64,000 nucleotides of DNA, taken from NCBI GenBank assembly GCA_965217185.1, contig OZ244252.1:3072001-3136000 (forward strand). The letters run 5' to 3'. The translations under genes and the position numbers were made by a program. Below the pieces are notes generated by a model. That model saw nothing but the letters and a program-made list of their open reading frames with translations. It was not told the DNA's origin and made no database searches. How positions within the stretch are numbered: position 1 is the first letter of the stretch; each line of letters starts with the position of its first letter. The DNA comes from an uncultured Candidatus Entotheonella sp. (GTDB lineage: Bacteria > Tectomicrobia > Entotheonellia > Entotheonellales > Entotheonellaceae). This document shows, piece after piece, positions 1 through 12,922 of the stretch.

Positions 1-1
1 G

Positions 2-3000
2 AGCCCGGGTTTCGTGTCGGGTACCACCACCTACACGGCGAGGGTGGTGAACACCGTCGCCGAGGTGACGGTGACGCCGACGAAGAGCGACACCAACGCG
101 ACGATCGAATATCTGGACGAGTCCGACGCGACGCTCGACGACGCCAACACCTCGGATACCGGCCACCAGGTGGCGGTGGTGGAGGGCGACAACGTCGTCA
201 AGGTGAAGGTGACGGCCGCGGACGGTAACACCACCCGGACCTACACGGTGACGGTGAAGCGGGCGGCGCCCCCGACCTGCACGCTGAACACCGACGACCT
301 CTGGTGCGGCGTGGTCACGGTGGGGGCGATCCAAATTGGGTCGGTGATCGTTGCATACGGATTCTCGGATGCCGTCGGTACAAGTGCCCTGTCCGACACC
401 GGGTTCAGTGTTGGAACGAACAATTACACAATCGATCGTATTGACGTTTCAACCGCGGCTCTCGGAGGAGATGGAGGGTACTTGACGTTCAGTCTGACCA
501 GCGCCCTAACCGCAACCGATAAGGAACAGCTGGTGCTGCATGTGGGCAGCGCCTCGTTCGCGTTCAGTGATCGGACTGCATCTTCTGCATATAACTATAG
601 CTGGGCCCACACCGGCTTGGACTGGTCCTCGGAGGACTACGTCACGCTGCGGCTGCGCGAGGCGCCGGCCGACGCAGACGCGACGCTGAGCGCTCTGGCC
701 GTCAACGACGGCAGTAGGAACCTGACGTTGAGGCCGGGTTTCGCACCGGGCACCACCTCCTACAGGGTGTGGGTGGCGAACGCTGTCGCCGAGGTGACGG
801 TGACGGCGGAGACGACCGATTCCGGCGCGACGATCGCATATCTGGACGGGTCCGACATGACGCTCACCGACGCGGGCTCGGCTCCCGGTCATCAGGTGGC
901 GGTGGGGGAGGGCGACAACGTCATCAAGGTGAAGGTGACGGCCAAGGACGGTAACACCACCCAAACCTACACGGTGACGGTGACGCGCCGCGCCGTGGAC
1001 GCCCCGGGCGAAGAGGGCGCTCTGCGCTTGGCGGAGGAGGAATTGTACACGCACCCGGATGGGTATGTGGGGGTCTCGGGACGCGCCGAGATATTCCACG
1101 CCGGGCGCTGGGGCACGGTGTCCAGCGACGGCTTCTCGCGGGCCATGACCTCCAGGAACATCGAGGACCTGGATACGAACGGCGATCCATTGGGCACCTA
1201 CACGTATAGTGACGTCGCGAACAATGCCCCCGCCCTGTTCTGCCAGGGCATGGGCTACAACGCCGGCGAATACACGTCGGGCTACGGCCGGCCGGAGGTG
1301 CCGAGCCAACCGTCCGAGCCGAGGATGCCCTACTACCCGGTGGGCAGCACCTACCCGTCGGACGGACCCGAACCCATCTGGCTCGACGACCTGACGTGCG
1401 CGGAGGGCGACGCCGATCTGACGGGGGAGAGCGCGCTGCCGGCGCCGTTGGCCCACTGCGGGTACGCGGGCTGGGGGCTGCACAACTCCAATCACGGCGA
1501 GGATGCGGGGGTGCGCTGCTGGAACGAGATGGAGAGCGGCATGGCGGCCGTTGCGGAGCCGCTGACGGCGGCATTCGAGGAGCTGCCGGAGGCGCACGAC
1601 GGGGAGACCGCGTTCAGCTTCCGCATCGCCTTCAGCGAGGCGGTCGCGGTCACGCCGGAGGCCATGCGTACGCACGCCCTGGCGGTGGGGGGCGGCGCCG
1701 TGACCGGCGCAACTCGCGTCGACGGGGAGACCGGCATATGGGAGATCACGGTCACGCCGGACACCCAAGAGGCGCTGTCGATCTCTCTGCCCCCGGTGTC
1801 GGATTGCGACGCGGAAGGGGCGGTCTGCACATCGGACGGCCGATCCCTGTCCACCTGGGCGGCGGCCATCGTGACCGGCCCGGGTCCCGAGACCGAGCCG
1901 GCGCTGACGGCGAGCTTCGAGGGCCTGCCGGAGGCGCATGACGGCGAGGAAGGGTTCCACTTCCGGGTGGCGTTCAGCGAGGACATCGGGATCGGCTTCC
2001 GGTCGATGCGCGACGATTCGTTCACGGTGGACGGGGGCGAGGTGACCAAGGCGCGCCGGGTGGACGGGCGCCACGACCTGTGGCGAATCACGGTCGAGCC
2101 CGACGGCGAGGGCGATGTGACGGTCACGCTGGCGGCGGGGCGCGAGTGCGCGGTCTCCGGGGCGATCTGCACCCGGGGCGAGAACCGGCGGCAGCTCGCC
2201 AACACGCCGGCGGCGACGGTGGCCGGCCCGGTGGTCGAAGCCACGCCCGTGGCGCTGACCGCGAGTTTCGTGGAGGCGCCCCATGAGCATGACGGGGAGA
2301 CGGCGTTCGAGCTCAGGATCGCGTTCAGCGAGGACATCTCGATCGGCTTCCGGACGTTCCGCGACCAGTCGTTATCGGTGTCCGGCGGGAGCGTGAAGCA
2401 CGCGAAGCGGGTAGACCGGCGCAAGGACCTGTGGAAGGTGACGGTCAAGCCGGGTTCGCTTGGCGACGTGATGGTGACGCTGGCGCGCGGGCGCGCCTGC
2501 GGCACCGCCGGGGCGGTGTGCACCGGCGACGGGCGGGCGCTGTCGGCGACGATCTCGACGACGGTGCTGGGTCCGGCGACCGCGCGGCGCCTCACCGGTA
2601 CCGCAGACGACGACACGCTGAGCGGGCAAGCGGGTGATGACGTGCTGCTCGGCAACGGCGGCGACGATACCCTGTCCGGCAAGGGCGGCGGCGACACCCT
2701 GTACGGCGGCGACGACGACGACACGCTCTACGGCGGCGGCGGCCACGACGTGCTCTACGGCGACGACGACGACAGCGGCGCGGCGACGGCGGCAACGACG
2801 TGCTGCAAGGCGGCGCGGACGCGGACGATGACACGCTCTACGGCGGCGGCGGCCACGACGAGCTCTACGGCGACGGCGGTGACGACGAGCTGTACGGCGA
2901 CGGCGGCGCGGACAGCCTGACGGGCGGTACGGGCGCCGATACGTTCGTGTTCGCCGCCGGTGACGGTGCCGACACGATCACCGACTTCACCCCCGAGGAG

Positions 3001-3174
3001 GGCGACCGCATCGACCTGAGCGCCTTCGCGGGCCTTGAGGGTTTCGCGTCGCTGACGCTGACGGCGGACGGCAGCGCGACGATCCTGGACCTGCGCGCCC
3101 ACGGCGGCGGCACGGTGCGGTTGGAAGGCGTCGCGGTAGCGGACCTGTTGGCGGCGGACTTCCTGTGGCCGTAG
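2..3174 (+). CDS. Giant secreted RTX-type surface protein, 5'-partial: cadherin-like beta-sandwich repeats, SRCR domain, Cys-containing repeats, C-terminal GGxGxD Ca-binding repeats; frameshift near 2780
   Basis: Frame is open from base 2. ORF 14..2920 degrades after GDDDDSG, while ORF 2800..3174 supplies the rest of the RTX tract and the T1SS-type end DFLWP*, which is nearly identical to the paralog ending at 12456. Confidence 0.85.
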
Positions 3175-3351
3175 GGCGTTGCTCCGGTGCCGGCGCACGG
3201 CCTGCCCCCCGTTCAAGCCGGGGGGCAGGCCGTGCGCCGGAATGACCGCTTGGGGCGTTGGACGGTGCGGCACAGGTGCTCTGCGCGTCGCAACGTCGGG
3301 TTACGCCTGCGGCTAACCCGACCTACATCTTGGCAACTTGTCAACCCATCT

Positions 3352-4365
3352 TGAGGCGTCTGTTCCAACAGTTGCCGCCCAGAACGCCATCGTCCGCAGG
3401 CATAGGTCCCGCCTGCACGTCAAGCCCGACATCCATCGGCCGCCAGTGGATTCCCGCCCCCGATCGGAGTCGAGGGCAGGCTCCGCGCGGCAATAACCCT
3501 TTGGGGCACGTCGCCACGCCAATTCTCCAAAGCCGCGTAACATCAGAAAATAAGTCTCGGCGTCCTCATCCCTCACCAATCCCTGTCGACCGGCTTCCCC
3601 GGCCCGCCGGTACGCCGCCACGGATGGGAGCGCGTTCGTAGTCCCTGACGTTCCGCGTGACGATGTGCCGAGCGCCGCAGGCACGGGCGGCAGCCAGTGC
3701 TCCCCATGCCTGGGAGCGCGGGCTTCCAGCCCGCCAAGCGGAACCCTGCGGGCAAGATGCCCGCGCTCCCAGGCTCGAATCGTCATTCCGGCGCATGGCC
3801 TGCCCCGCACTTGATACGGGGTCCGGGGGTGACGTTCTTGCGCCGGAGTGACCGCTCTCGGGAGGCCTGTGTTTATGACTTGTTTGTGGTCTGTGGACCC
3901 TGCCCCGGCGTGAACGGGGGGGGGCCACGGATTCCCGCCCGCTCGGTCGGAGGGCAGCCGCGTAACGTCACTTAGAGGGTGTTTGTGAATAGCGCCGCCT
4001 CCGGCATCCATTGACAGCCGGTGGATGCCCGCCCCCGATCGGAGTCGAGGGCAGGCTTTGCAGGCCACATAAGAGCCATCGGTAGTGGCTCACTTTCAAA
4101 TTTCCTTCTCACACCAACGCTTCCCCCTCTCCCTGGCCCTCCCCCACGGAGGGGGGAGGGGACCGACTGGGGGGTCTCCCCCTCTCCCCTGGTGGGAGAG
4201 GGGCGGGGTGAGGGGGAAACCGGCGCCGGACGACCGAACGTGCAACCCGTCTGGAACACGTGAGCCAGTCTTTTCAAACTGAGCCACTACCTGAGGTGTC
4301 TCTTCCGACAGATGCCGCCGGAATGCCATCGTCCAGAGGCATAGGTCCCGCCTGCACGTCATGCC
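3352..4365 (+). repeat. ~75-bp imperfect direct repeat (3352-3426 and 4292-4365)
   Basis: Both copies contain gccatcgtcc..aggcataggtcccgcctgcacgtca. Confidence 0.8.
3600..3700 (-). pseudogene. C-terminal remnant of a PIN-domain protein
   Basis: Translation AARACGARHIVTRNVRDYERAPI matches the PIN C-terminal IVTRNxxD motif; the 5' part is replaced by a palindrome. Confidence 0.5.
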
Positions 4366-5115
4366 GGGCTTGACCCCGGATCAGAGCCTGCCCCGGACTT
4401 GATACGGGTCAGGGCAGGCTTTGGCGTCCAACGCAGCGTAGCGATTCCGACATCGAAAAAGCCCATCTGAGCCACGTTCAATGCCTCCGGCCTCGCTTTG
4501 AGAGATGCCATAACTTAGGTATTACACAAATTATATTATCTCTTGGGGCATGACAACGTGGCGCGGCGAGACGCGGTTTCATGCCCGTCTCTCGGTGCGA
4601 TGGGGGACGTCATGAGGCACCGGAAGAAGCGTCCTAAGACCAAATAAATATATGTTATAGACATCAAATTATTGTATCCAAAGGATGTTTCAAGCTTGTG
4701 TTATAATTTTCCCCCGTCCGGTGGCGGCTTGGTTGCGGTCGCCGCGCCGGAGCGGCCGTTCCGCCTTCACAGCTGTTGCCGCCGCCGGCCGGCTGTGAGG
4801 CGTTTGTCGAGATGCCCTGGGGAAGGTCTGATGAAGCGCCGGTCAGCCCCCGCTGACAACGTCGCGTCACGCCGGCGCAAGAACGTCGCCCCGAACTCGA
4901 TTCGGGGTCAGTGGATTCCGGGAACGGCTCATCAATCTGGCAAGCCTCGTGAACCCCCGCCCCCAACCGTAGCCGAGGGCGGGCTTTTCGCGGAGGAGCA
5001 ACCCACGAAAAAAGCACAACCCATCAGGCGCGTGATTGCCAGTCCATGCGCAGCACCCGTCAAAAAGGGCTTGACTCCCGGATCGTGGTTTTCATCTTGA
5101 TCGTCGAGCGTCGTT

Positions 5116-8100
5116 ATGAACCCTACTTCCCCGCCACCACGGCCTGACGTCCTTGCGCCTCGCCGGGGCGGCAATTCCTCCTCCACAACGGTTGCTTCCG
5201 CCGCCGGCCTGCCGGCGCGTCTGCGCGGCGCGCGGCGGGCGCTGGCGTGCCTCGCCGTCGCCGCGGCCCTCTGCGGCGGCCTCCTCTGCGCGCTGGCGTG
5301 GGCGCACGAGGGCGCCGCCCCCGCCAAGCCGACGGGCCTGTCCGCCGAGGCGTCCCACGACGCCGTCATCCTCACCTGGGACGACCCGCATGACCACAGC
5401 ATCAGCGGCTACGTGATCCTGCGGCGCGACATCGCCCGGCAGGCTTCGGGCGAGTTCACCACGATTGCGGCGGACACGGGCACGGCCGGGACCGTGTACA
5501 TCGACCACACGGCCGAGCCTGCGACCCGCTACGCCTACTGGGTGCAGGCGCGCAACGCGCAGGGCGCGAGTTCTTCCTCGGACGCCGTGGAAGTGGAGAC
5601 CGGGCCGCCGGCGGCGCAGAAGTCCACGAGCGACGCGGCCGACAGCGGGAAGGACGAGGTGCGGACCAGGGCGGTCGTGCGGCGCCCATCGCGTCGGGAC
5701 ATCTCGCTGACGCGGAAGAACACCGATCCGACCGGGATCTGGTGCGACGACGAGAGGATGTACGTGGTGGACGACGCCGACCGGTGGGTCTACGCCTACA
5801 ACATCGCGAACGGCGCGCACGTGGGCAATCTCGGCTTCGCGCTCGACAACGACCAGACCCAGCCGCGCGGGGTCTATGCCAATGCCAACACGATGTGGGT
5901 GGTGGATGGCTCTGACAGGATCTACGCCTACACGATCGCCGACGGGGCTTCCTATGGGCAGCGCGACGCGTCGCGGGAGTTCCAGGCCCAAACCGACGAC
6001 GGTTATCCCTCCGGCATCCACTCCATCCACGCTGTGAATCTGTTCTTCGTGGTCAACTTCGTTGATGAGCAGATCTATGCCTACAACACGGGCAGGTTCA
6101 ACGGCACGCTCGGCGACCGGTACGAGTCGGGCGATTTTGATCTCATCCCCCACTACTCGCAGCCGCTCGGCCTGTGGTCCGACGACGCAAACACGATTTG
6201 GGTCGTCGACGCCGAGCGGAAGCTCGTGTTCGCCTATGAGCTCGGTGCGTTTGGGAGGATTGGGAACGGAACTCGGCTGCCGGCCCGCGAGATTCGGCTG
6301 ATCTTGCAGAACTCGAACCCCTGGGGCATCTGCTCCGACGGCGAGGTCATGTGGGTGGCCGACCGATCCGACCCCAAGGTATTCGCCTACGACCTGCCGC
6401 CGGCGCCGTCGGGGCAGATCACCGGGGTCACGTTCGACGAGATCAAAGAGCGCGAAGCGACGATCACGGTCAAGATCGCGAACCCCGATTCAGCCTCAAA
6501 GAGCGTGAAGCTGAGCTACGCCATCGAGCCCTAAGGGGGTACGGAGGAGACCAACCCCAAGACCACCACCGGGACTGAGGTCGAGTTCACCCTGACCGGA
6601 CTCAGCCCCAGCCGCGACGGCACGGATTACCGGCTGACGGCGATCCTGGGCGACGAATCCCAGGCCACGGGCGGGTTCAGGACGTGGTCGAAGGCCGCGA
6701 CGGCCCGCAAGCACCTCAAGCTCTCCGTCGTCCCGAGGGTTCAGGAGGACTACCCGTGGCTGGCAAAGGTCTACCGTCAGATGCGGCGCCTCAACACGCC
6801 AATTAAAGCGCTCCCAGACATCGGCGCATTCGTGACTAGCGGTTGCGGCGAGGCAAGAGGCAACGATGTGCATTCAACTGCCGGTCTGCACGAATGCAGA
6901 ATCTTGCGGCTCTCGATGGGCTACGACTATTTGAAAAACACTGATTATTTTGTGCATGAGATGTCCCACGTCGGAACCATGGGTACAGGATTCATGGCCG
7001 AGGATTCCGAGTACGTCGGCATGGGCTGGCTGTATTTCCGAGAGTTGGCAGACGGCCACTCCGACTGCCCGGAACATGAACTGTACGCCGATGCGATCGA
7101 GGGAGAAATTAGGAACAGCCCTAGCTCCTACTACTATGCCCGCTGCCCTAAAACGCCCGATTTACCATCCCGGGCCACGCTGGCGGTCGCCCGCAGCATG
7201 TTGGCGAGCGAAGTCCCGGACTGGTTCAAGAACGAGTACCGTGCAACCGGCCTCGCCTACGACACCTCCGATGATCCCAAATACGGCCGCATGTACGACC
7301 TTGAAGCGGTGTGGCGCGACCTCAAGCGCTTGCCTTTAGATTGGCGAGCGGCGGCCGTATATGGCCTCCGCCACGCCTTCGGCGGCTACTGCGATCGCGT
7401 GATTGCGCATCACTCAGCAGAGCACGCCGGTCCGGTGCGCAATCCCTGGAAGGCTGGCGGCTGCGTACCGCAGGCGCCCAAGGCGGTGGTCCCGAGCAGC
7501 GATTCCGTGGCCTGGGAGGCGCCGGCCTACGACGGCGGCGCACCGGTTACCAAGTACGTGGTCGAGTGGAGAGCGGCAGACGAGGAGTTCCATCGCTCAC
7601 GCTCGGCCTGGATCACGGACTTGACGGACCTGAGCTACCAGAACAACGCGATCGCTGCGGCAACGACTATCCGCATCAGCGCCCACAACGCCCACGGCCG
7701 CAGCGAGTTCGTCACGCGCTGCACGCTGAGCACGGGCGACTACTGGTGCGGCGTGATAACGGTCGGGACGCACAGGATCGACACAGTGACTATAGGACAC
7801 GGGTTCGGACCAAGGGCGGGTGAGCTGACCGACGACAGCGGGGACCAGACGTTCACCATCGGATCGACCCGCCGCACGATCGAACTCCTCATCACCCGCG
7901 CCGGGACCGGCCTGTTCGCGGGGCTGCTCTTCGGGATGACCGACGAGAGTGCCCTGCCCGATGCCGTGCGTGACGACCTGGTGGTGCAGGTCGACGGCGT
8001 CGCCGGAGCATTCAGTTTCAGCGACGCCGTATTTGTCGGATCAGCTTATCGCTGGCCCAGTCCCCTGGACTGGTCCGGCGAGGACTCCGTGACGCTGCAG

Positions 8101-11100
8101 CTGCGGCCGAAGCCGGCGCCGGCGCTCTTCCTGGCGGACGCCATCAGCAGCGGCGGCTCCGTCGACGTCACTTTCGACCAGTCCCTCGATCCGGCCCCGG
8201 CGGATTACACGGACACGATCAAGGACGCGCTCGCGGGCGCCTTCACGGTCACGGTCGACGGTGTCGAGATGGAGATCACCGGCATCGGGCAGGGCGCATT
8301 CGATACCACATTGCTTCTCCAGGTCGCGTCCAGGATATACCAGGGCCAGGACGTCGTGGTCAGCTACGACCGGTCGGCGGCCGGTTCCAGTGCCCTCGCG
8401 GGAACCAACGACAAGAAGGTCGAGTCCTCCACCACGGGACAGGACGGTGTCCCCGCAGCCGCGAACTCCTCCACGCAGATTCAGCCAGAGGTCAGCATCA
8501 GCGTGGACACCGGCGCCGTAACGGAGGGTGAGGCGGTCGCGTTCACGGTCAGCCGTCGCGTCGTTGCGTCGGAGCCCTTGGCGGTCAAGCTCAGGCTGAG
8601 CGAGTCGGGCTCGATGCTGGCGAACGGGGAGGCGGGCGCGAAGACGGTCACGATCGCGGCCAACCGGACGTCGCAGAGGCTGACGGTCGGGACGCACGGG
8701 GACACGGAGTGGGAGGCGCACTCGACGGTCACGGCGACGCTCACGGCCGACGGCGCCTACAAGATTGCGGCGGGCGCGGGCTCGGCCAGGAAGCAGGTGC
8801 AGGACGACGACTTCCCGGCCGCCGAGACGGTGCTCAGCGTCGTGCCGGCGGAGGTGGACGAGGGCGCGCCGTTCACGGCGACGGTCACGATCACGACGGA
8901 GCGGAACGAACAGCCGCACGGAGACGGGGGGCAGATGCGGGTCGAGACCGCAGACGGCTCGGCCAAGGCGGATTTGGACTACACGGCGCTGACGCCGCTC
9001 ACGGGCACGCGCGGGTTCCCCGCGGCTGACTTCGGCCGGGTCGCTGTGGACGGCGCGACCCGCTACCAAGCCAGCAAGTCGGTCACGATCACGACGATCA
9101 ACGACACGCTGAGGGAGGATGCGGAGAGCTTCAGCGTCTCGATCGCGAAGGTGAACACGGGCACGGCGCCGGCGCCCGGCGCGATTGACCTGGGCGCGTC
9201 GAGCGCGACGCTGACGATTCGCGCCAACGACGCCTCGAACGACGCCGCACTGTCCGACCTGAGCTTGAGCGCAGGCGCGCTGGCGCCGCCATTCCAGAGC
9301 GACACGCTGAGCTACACGGCCGACGTCGAGTACGGCACGGAGCGGATCACGGCCACGCCGAGCAAGCGCGACCCAAGGGCGATGCTGGTCTACCTCACGG
9401 GAGACGGCAGCGACCTCGTGGACGCCGACCCGGAGACGGAGGGGCAGCAGGTCGACCTCGTGGTCGGCGGCAACGTGATCCAGATCAAGCTGACGGCCGA
9501 GGACGAGGTCACGACCCGGACCTACCGGCTGACGCTGACGCGGGCGCCGCCGCCCTCGTCGGACACGACACTGAGCGCGTTGGCTGTCAACGACGACGGC
9601 GCGGACCTGACGTTGAGTCTGGCCTTCGCGCCGGGCACGACGAGCTACGCGGCATCGGTGGTCAACAGCGTTGCGACGGTGACGGTATCGGCGACCGCGA
9701 ACCATGCCAACGCCAGGGTTGAGATCACGCCGGCGGACGCAGCCAGCGGAATGACCGGCCACCAGGTGTTGCTGTCGGAAGGCACCAACGAGATCACGGT
9801 AACGGTGACGGCCGAGGACGATTCAACGCAGGCCTACCGCGTGACGGTGACGCGCGCGGAGGTGGTGGAGAACAACGACCCGGTATTCGCCGCGGACGCT
9901 ATGGCGACGCGGAGCCTCCAGGAGAATCTCGGCGACGCGACCGTCTCCAGCGCAGCGGACCTGGGCGCGGCCTTCACGGCGACGGATGACACCGATGACA
10001 CGCTGGCCTACGCCCTGGAGGGCGGCGACGCGGGGAACTTCACCGTCAACACGAGCACCGGCCAGCTCCGCACGAAGGCAGGGGTGAACTACGACCACGA
10101 GGCGAAGTCGCAACACTTGGTGATGGTCAGGGTCGTTGACGGCTTCGGCGGCACGGACACCATCGCGGTGACGGTCAACGTGACGGACCGGGACGAGCCG
10201 CCGGTCAAGCCCGCTGCGCCGCGCGTCTCGGCGACCCCGGAAGGCCCCAACACCCTGTTCGTGGAATGGACAGCGCCCGGCAACGCCGGTCGCCCACCGA
10301 TCCAGACCTACGACGCGCAATACCGCAAGGGGACGAGCGGGGGTTGGACGGACGGCCCTGAGGACGTGACGCAAACCTGGGCGACCATCACCGGCCTCGA
10401 CGAGGCCTCCACCTACCAGGTGCGGGTGCGGGCGGCGAACGCCGAAGGCGACGGCCCGTGGTCGGATGCGGGCACGGGGAGCACGCTGAAGGAGCCGGTG
10501 ATCACCGGGGTGGCGGTGGCCTCGAGGCCGGGGCTGGAGTACGACACCTACGGGGCGGGGGAGGACATCGAGATCACCGTCACCTTCAACCAGGCGGTGG
10601 CGGTCACCGGGGACCCGGTGTTCGAGTTCTGCATCGGCCAGGATGAGTGCGAGACCGGCAACGACCCACCGTCCCGGCGGCGGGCTGCCCTCACCTCCGG
10701 CAGCGGCACCAGGACGCTGGTGTTCACCTACACCGTGGGCTCCGACGACGACCCCGACCAGGACGCCAGCGGCATCTGGATCGGCGACCACACCCGCACC
10801 CTGAAGCTGGACGCCGACGACGCCATCCGGAGCGTCGCCACCGGCAACGACGCCATCCTTGACCATGCGGCCCTCGGCACCCTCGTCGGCCACAAGGTGG
10901 ACGACTCGCGGCAGGGCGGGATACACACGCATCCTGAGTTCACCCATAGTCATGCGCATTACAGTCGTGGCAAGGGGTACTATACCCAGGACTATCCCGA
11001 CCATACCCATCCATCCCATGCGCATCCCGACGGTTCAAATTCGCATCCAACCTGGCTGCGGCCCGGCCAGCACGTCCACCACGAGCAGGAGCAACCGAAC

Positions 11101-12456
11101 CCGCTTGTCTACGTTGGTCCCGACATCCGGAAGCATGACCACTTCACCCATACGCACATCTGCCGGGACATCAAACCCAGATGCAACTCGGGCGACAACT
11201 TCATCTATGGCACATACGGCGGCGTCCTGCCCAGGGAAGTGACCCACTCCCACGCGGATGCCGAGCCGGGACATGGCTATACCTGGCCGGACCTGACCGC
11301 CAACGGCAACCGGCCTGCCGAAGGCAGCGTTTACATCGGCGGCGTATGGCGTGTTGAGGTGGGCACGACGATTTCGGCGGACACGTGGCGCGTCTCTGAC
11401 CCGGACGGCATGCGCAACGCGACGTTGCGCTACCAGTGGCTGGCCGACTACACGGAAATCCGGGGCGCCACCGGCTCCTCCTACACCGTGACTGCCGCCG
11501 AGGCGGGCAACGAGGAAGTATTGAGAAGCAGGGCCACGTTGACGGTGGCCTCGGCCAATGCACGGACATCATCCCCTGCACGGGCGAACGAGGAGACGAC
11601 GACCAGCGCGGGCCCGGCGCTGACGGCGCGTTTCAAGGGCGTGCCGGGCGAGCATGACGGGGAGCGCGCGTTCACGCTGCGCATCGCCTTCAGCGAGGCG
11701 ATCAAGGTGGGCTACCGCACCTTCCGCGACCACAGCGTGTCGGTAACGGGCGGGACCGTGATGAAGGCGCGGCGGGTGGACAAACGCCAGGATCTGTGGG
11801 AGATCGAGGTCGGGCCGGCGTCAGACGAGGAGGTGCAGATATTCCTCTCGCCGCGCGCCTGCGACGAGACGGGCGCGGTGTGCACCGGTGACGGGCGGGG
11901 GCTGTCGCACGACATCGAAGACTATGTGCTCGGCCCGGCGACCGCCCGGTACCTCATCGGCACCGCAGACGACGACACCTTCAGCGGCCAGGACGGCCCT
12001 GACGTGCTGTTTGGCGGCCTGGGAGCCGATACGATCAGCGGCGGCGACGGCGACGACACCCTCTATGGCGACGACGGCGACCCCGAGGTCACCGACCCGG
12101 GCGAGGGCGACGACCTCCTGGACGGCGAGGGCGGCGATGACACCCTGTACGGCGGCGCGGACGACGATACCCTCTACGGCGAAGCCGGCACGGACACCCT
12201 GACGGGCGGCCTGGGCGCCGATACGTTCGTGTTCGCCGCCGGTCACGGCGCCGACACGATCACCGACTTCACCATCGGGGAGGCGGACCAGATTGACCTG
12301 AGCGCCTTCGCGGGCCTTGACGGCTTCGCGTCGCTGACGCTGACGGCAGACGGCATCGACACCGTGCTGGACCTCCGCGCGCACGGCGGCGGCACGGTGC
12401 GGCTGTCGGGCGTCGCGGTTGCGGACCTGGCGGCCGAGGATTTCCTGCTGCCGTAG
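5116..12456 (+). pseudogene. ~2450-aa multidomain secreted protein (signal/TM, FN3, beta-propeller-like repeats, HExxH metallopeptidase, Calx-beta, cadherin, FN3, His-rich tract, RTX) split by one in-frame TAA at 6532-6534
   Basis: ORFs 5116..6534 and 6781..12456 are in the same frame, and 6535-6780 is open (GGTEETNPKTTTGTEVEFTLTGL..). Motifs FVHEMSH, GGxGxD and terminal DFLLP*. Confidence 0.8.
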
Positions 12457-12469
12457 GGCCTTGCTCCAG

Positions 12470-12812
12470 GGCCGCTGGATTCCGGCGGGCGCCGGAATGA
12501 CCCTTCGGGAACGCCGGTCAGTAGGTCGGATTAGAGCAATTTCGGATCAAAACGGCTTGCATCTGGAGCGTGTCTCACTTCGGGTTTCCCTCACCCCAAC
12601 CCCCCGTTCAAGCCGGGGGCAGGCTCTCTCCCTTCAAGGGAGAAGGAGTAAACGATGTTCGGCTTGCACAGAGACAAGGGCGCAGCCCGCCGGCGAGGCG
12701 GTGGGGGGAGGTGTGGACAGGCAAACGATGCGATGTGGGCCTTATGGCACGGTATGGACATCTCACGTCTCATATCCCCCGTTCCCCCTCCCCCTCAAGG
12801 GGGGAGGGGATT
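12470..12812. repeat. REP-like palindrome cluster
   Basis: ggattccggcgggcgccggaatgac; ccctcacccc..cccccgttcaagccgggggcaggct..; cccctccccctcaaggggggagggg. Confidence 0.7.
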
Positions 12813-12922
12813 TGGATTAAATTTCGGAAGCAACCTGTCTTCCTGCCAATTTCTCATTGAGCGTAGATTGAACGCAAACCGCTCTAATCGCGGTGGTCTG
12901 AAGCCAAAAGAGGGGCTTACTT

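Larger units (their letters stand above)
3175..4420. repeat. Cluster of REP-like palindromic elements of several families
   Basis: Perfect 16-bp IR gcctgggagcgcgggc 3708-3723/3759-3774; GTCATTCC..GGAATGAC-type and CCCTCCCCC..GGGGAGGG-type hairpins; gatcggagtcgagggcaggct occurs twice. Confidence 0.75.

Noticed and set aside
506..12384. Long antisense ORFs (e.g. 506..2290, 8041..9762, 9823..11025)
   Set aside because: Shadow ORFs of GC-rich genes, Arg/Gly-rich and without motifs.
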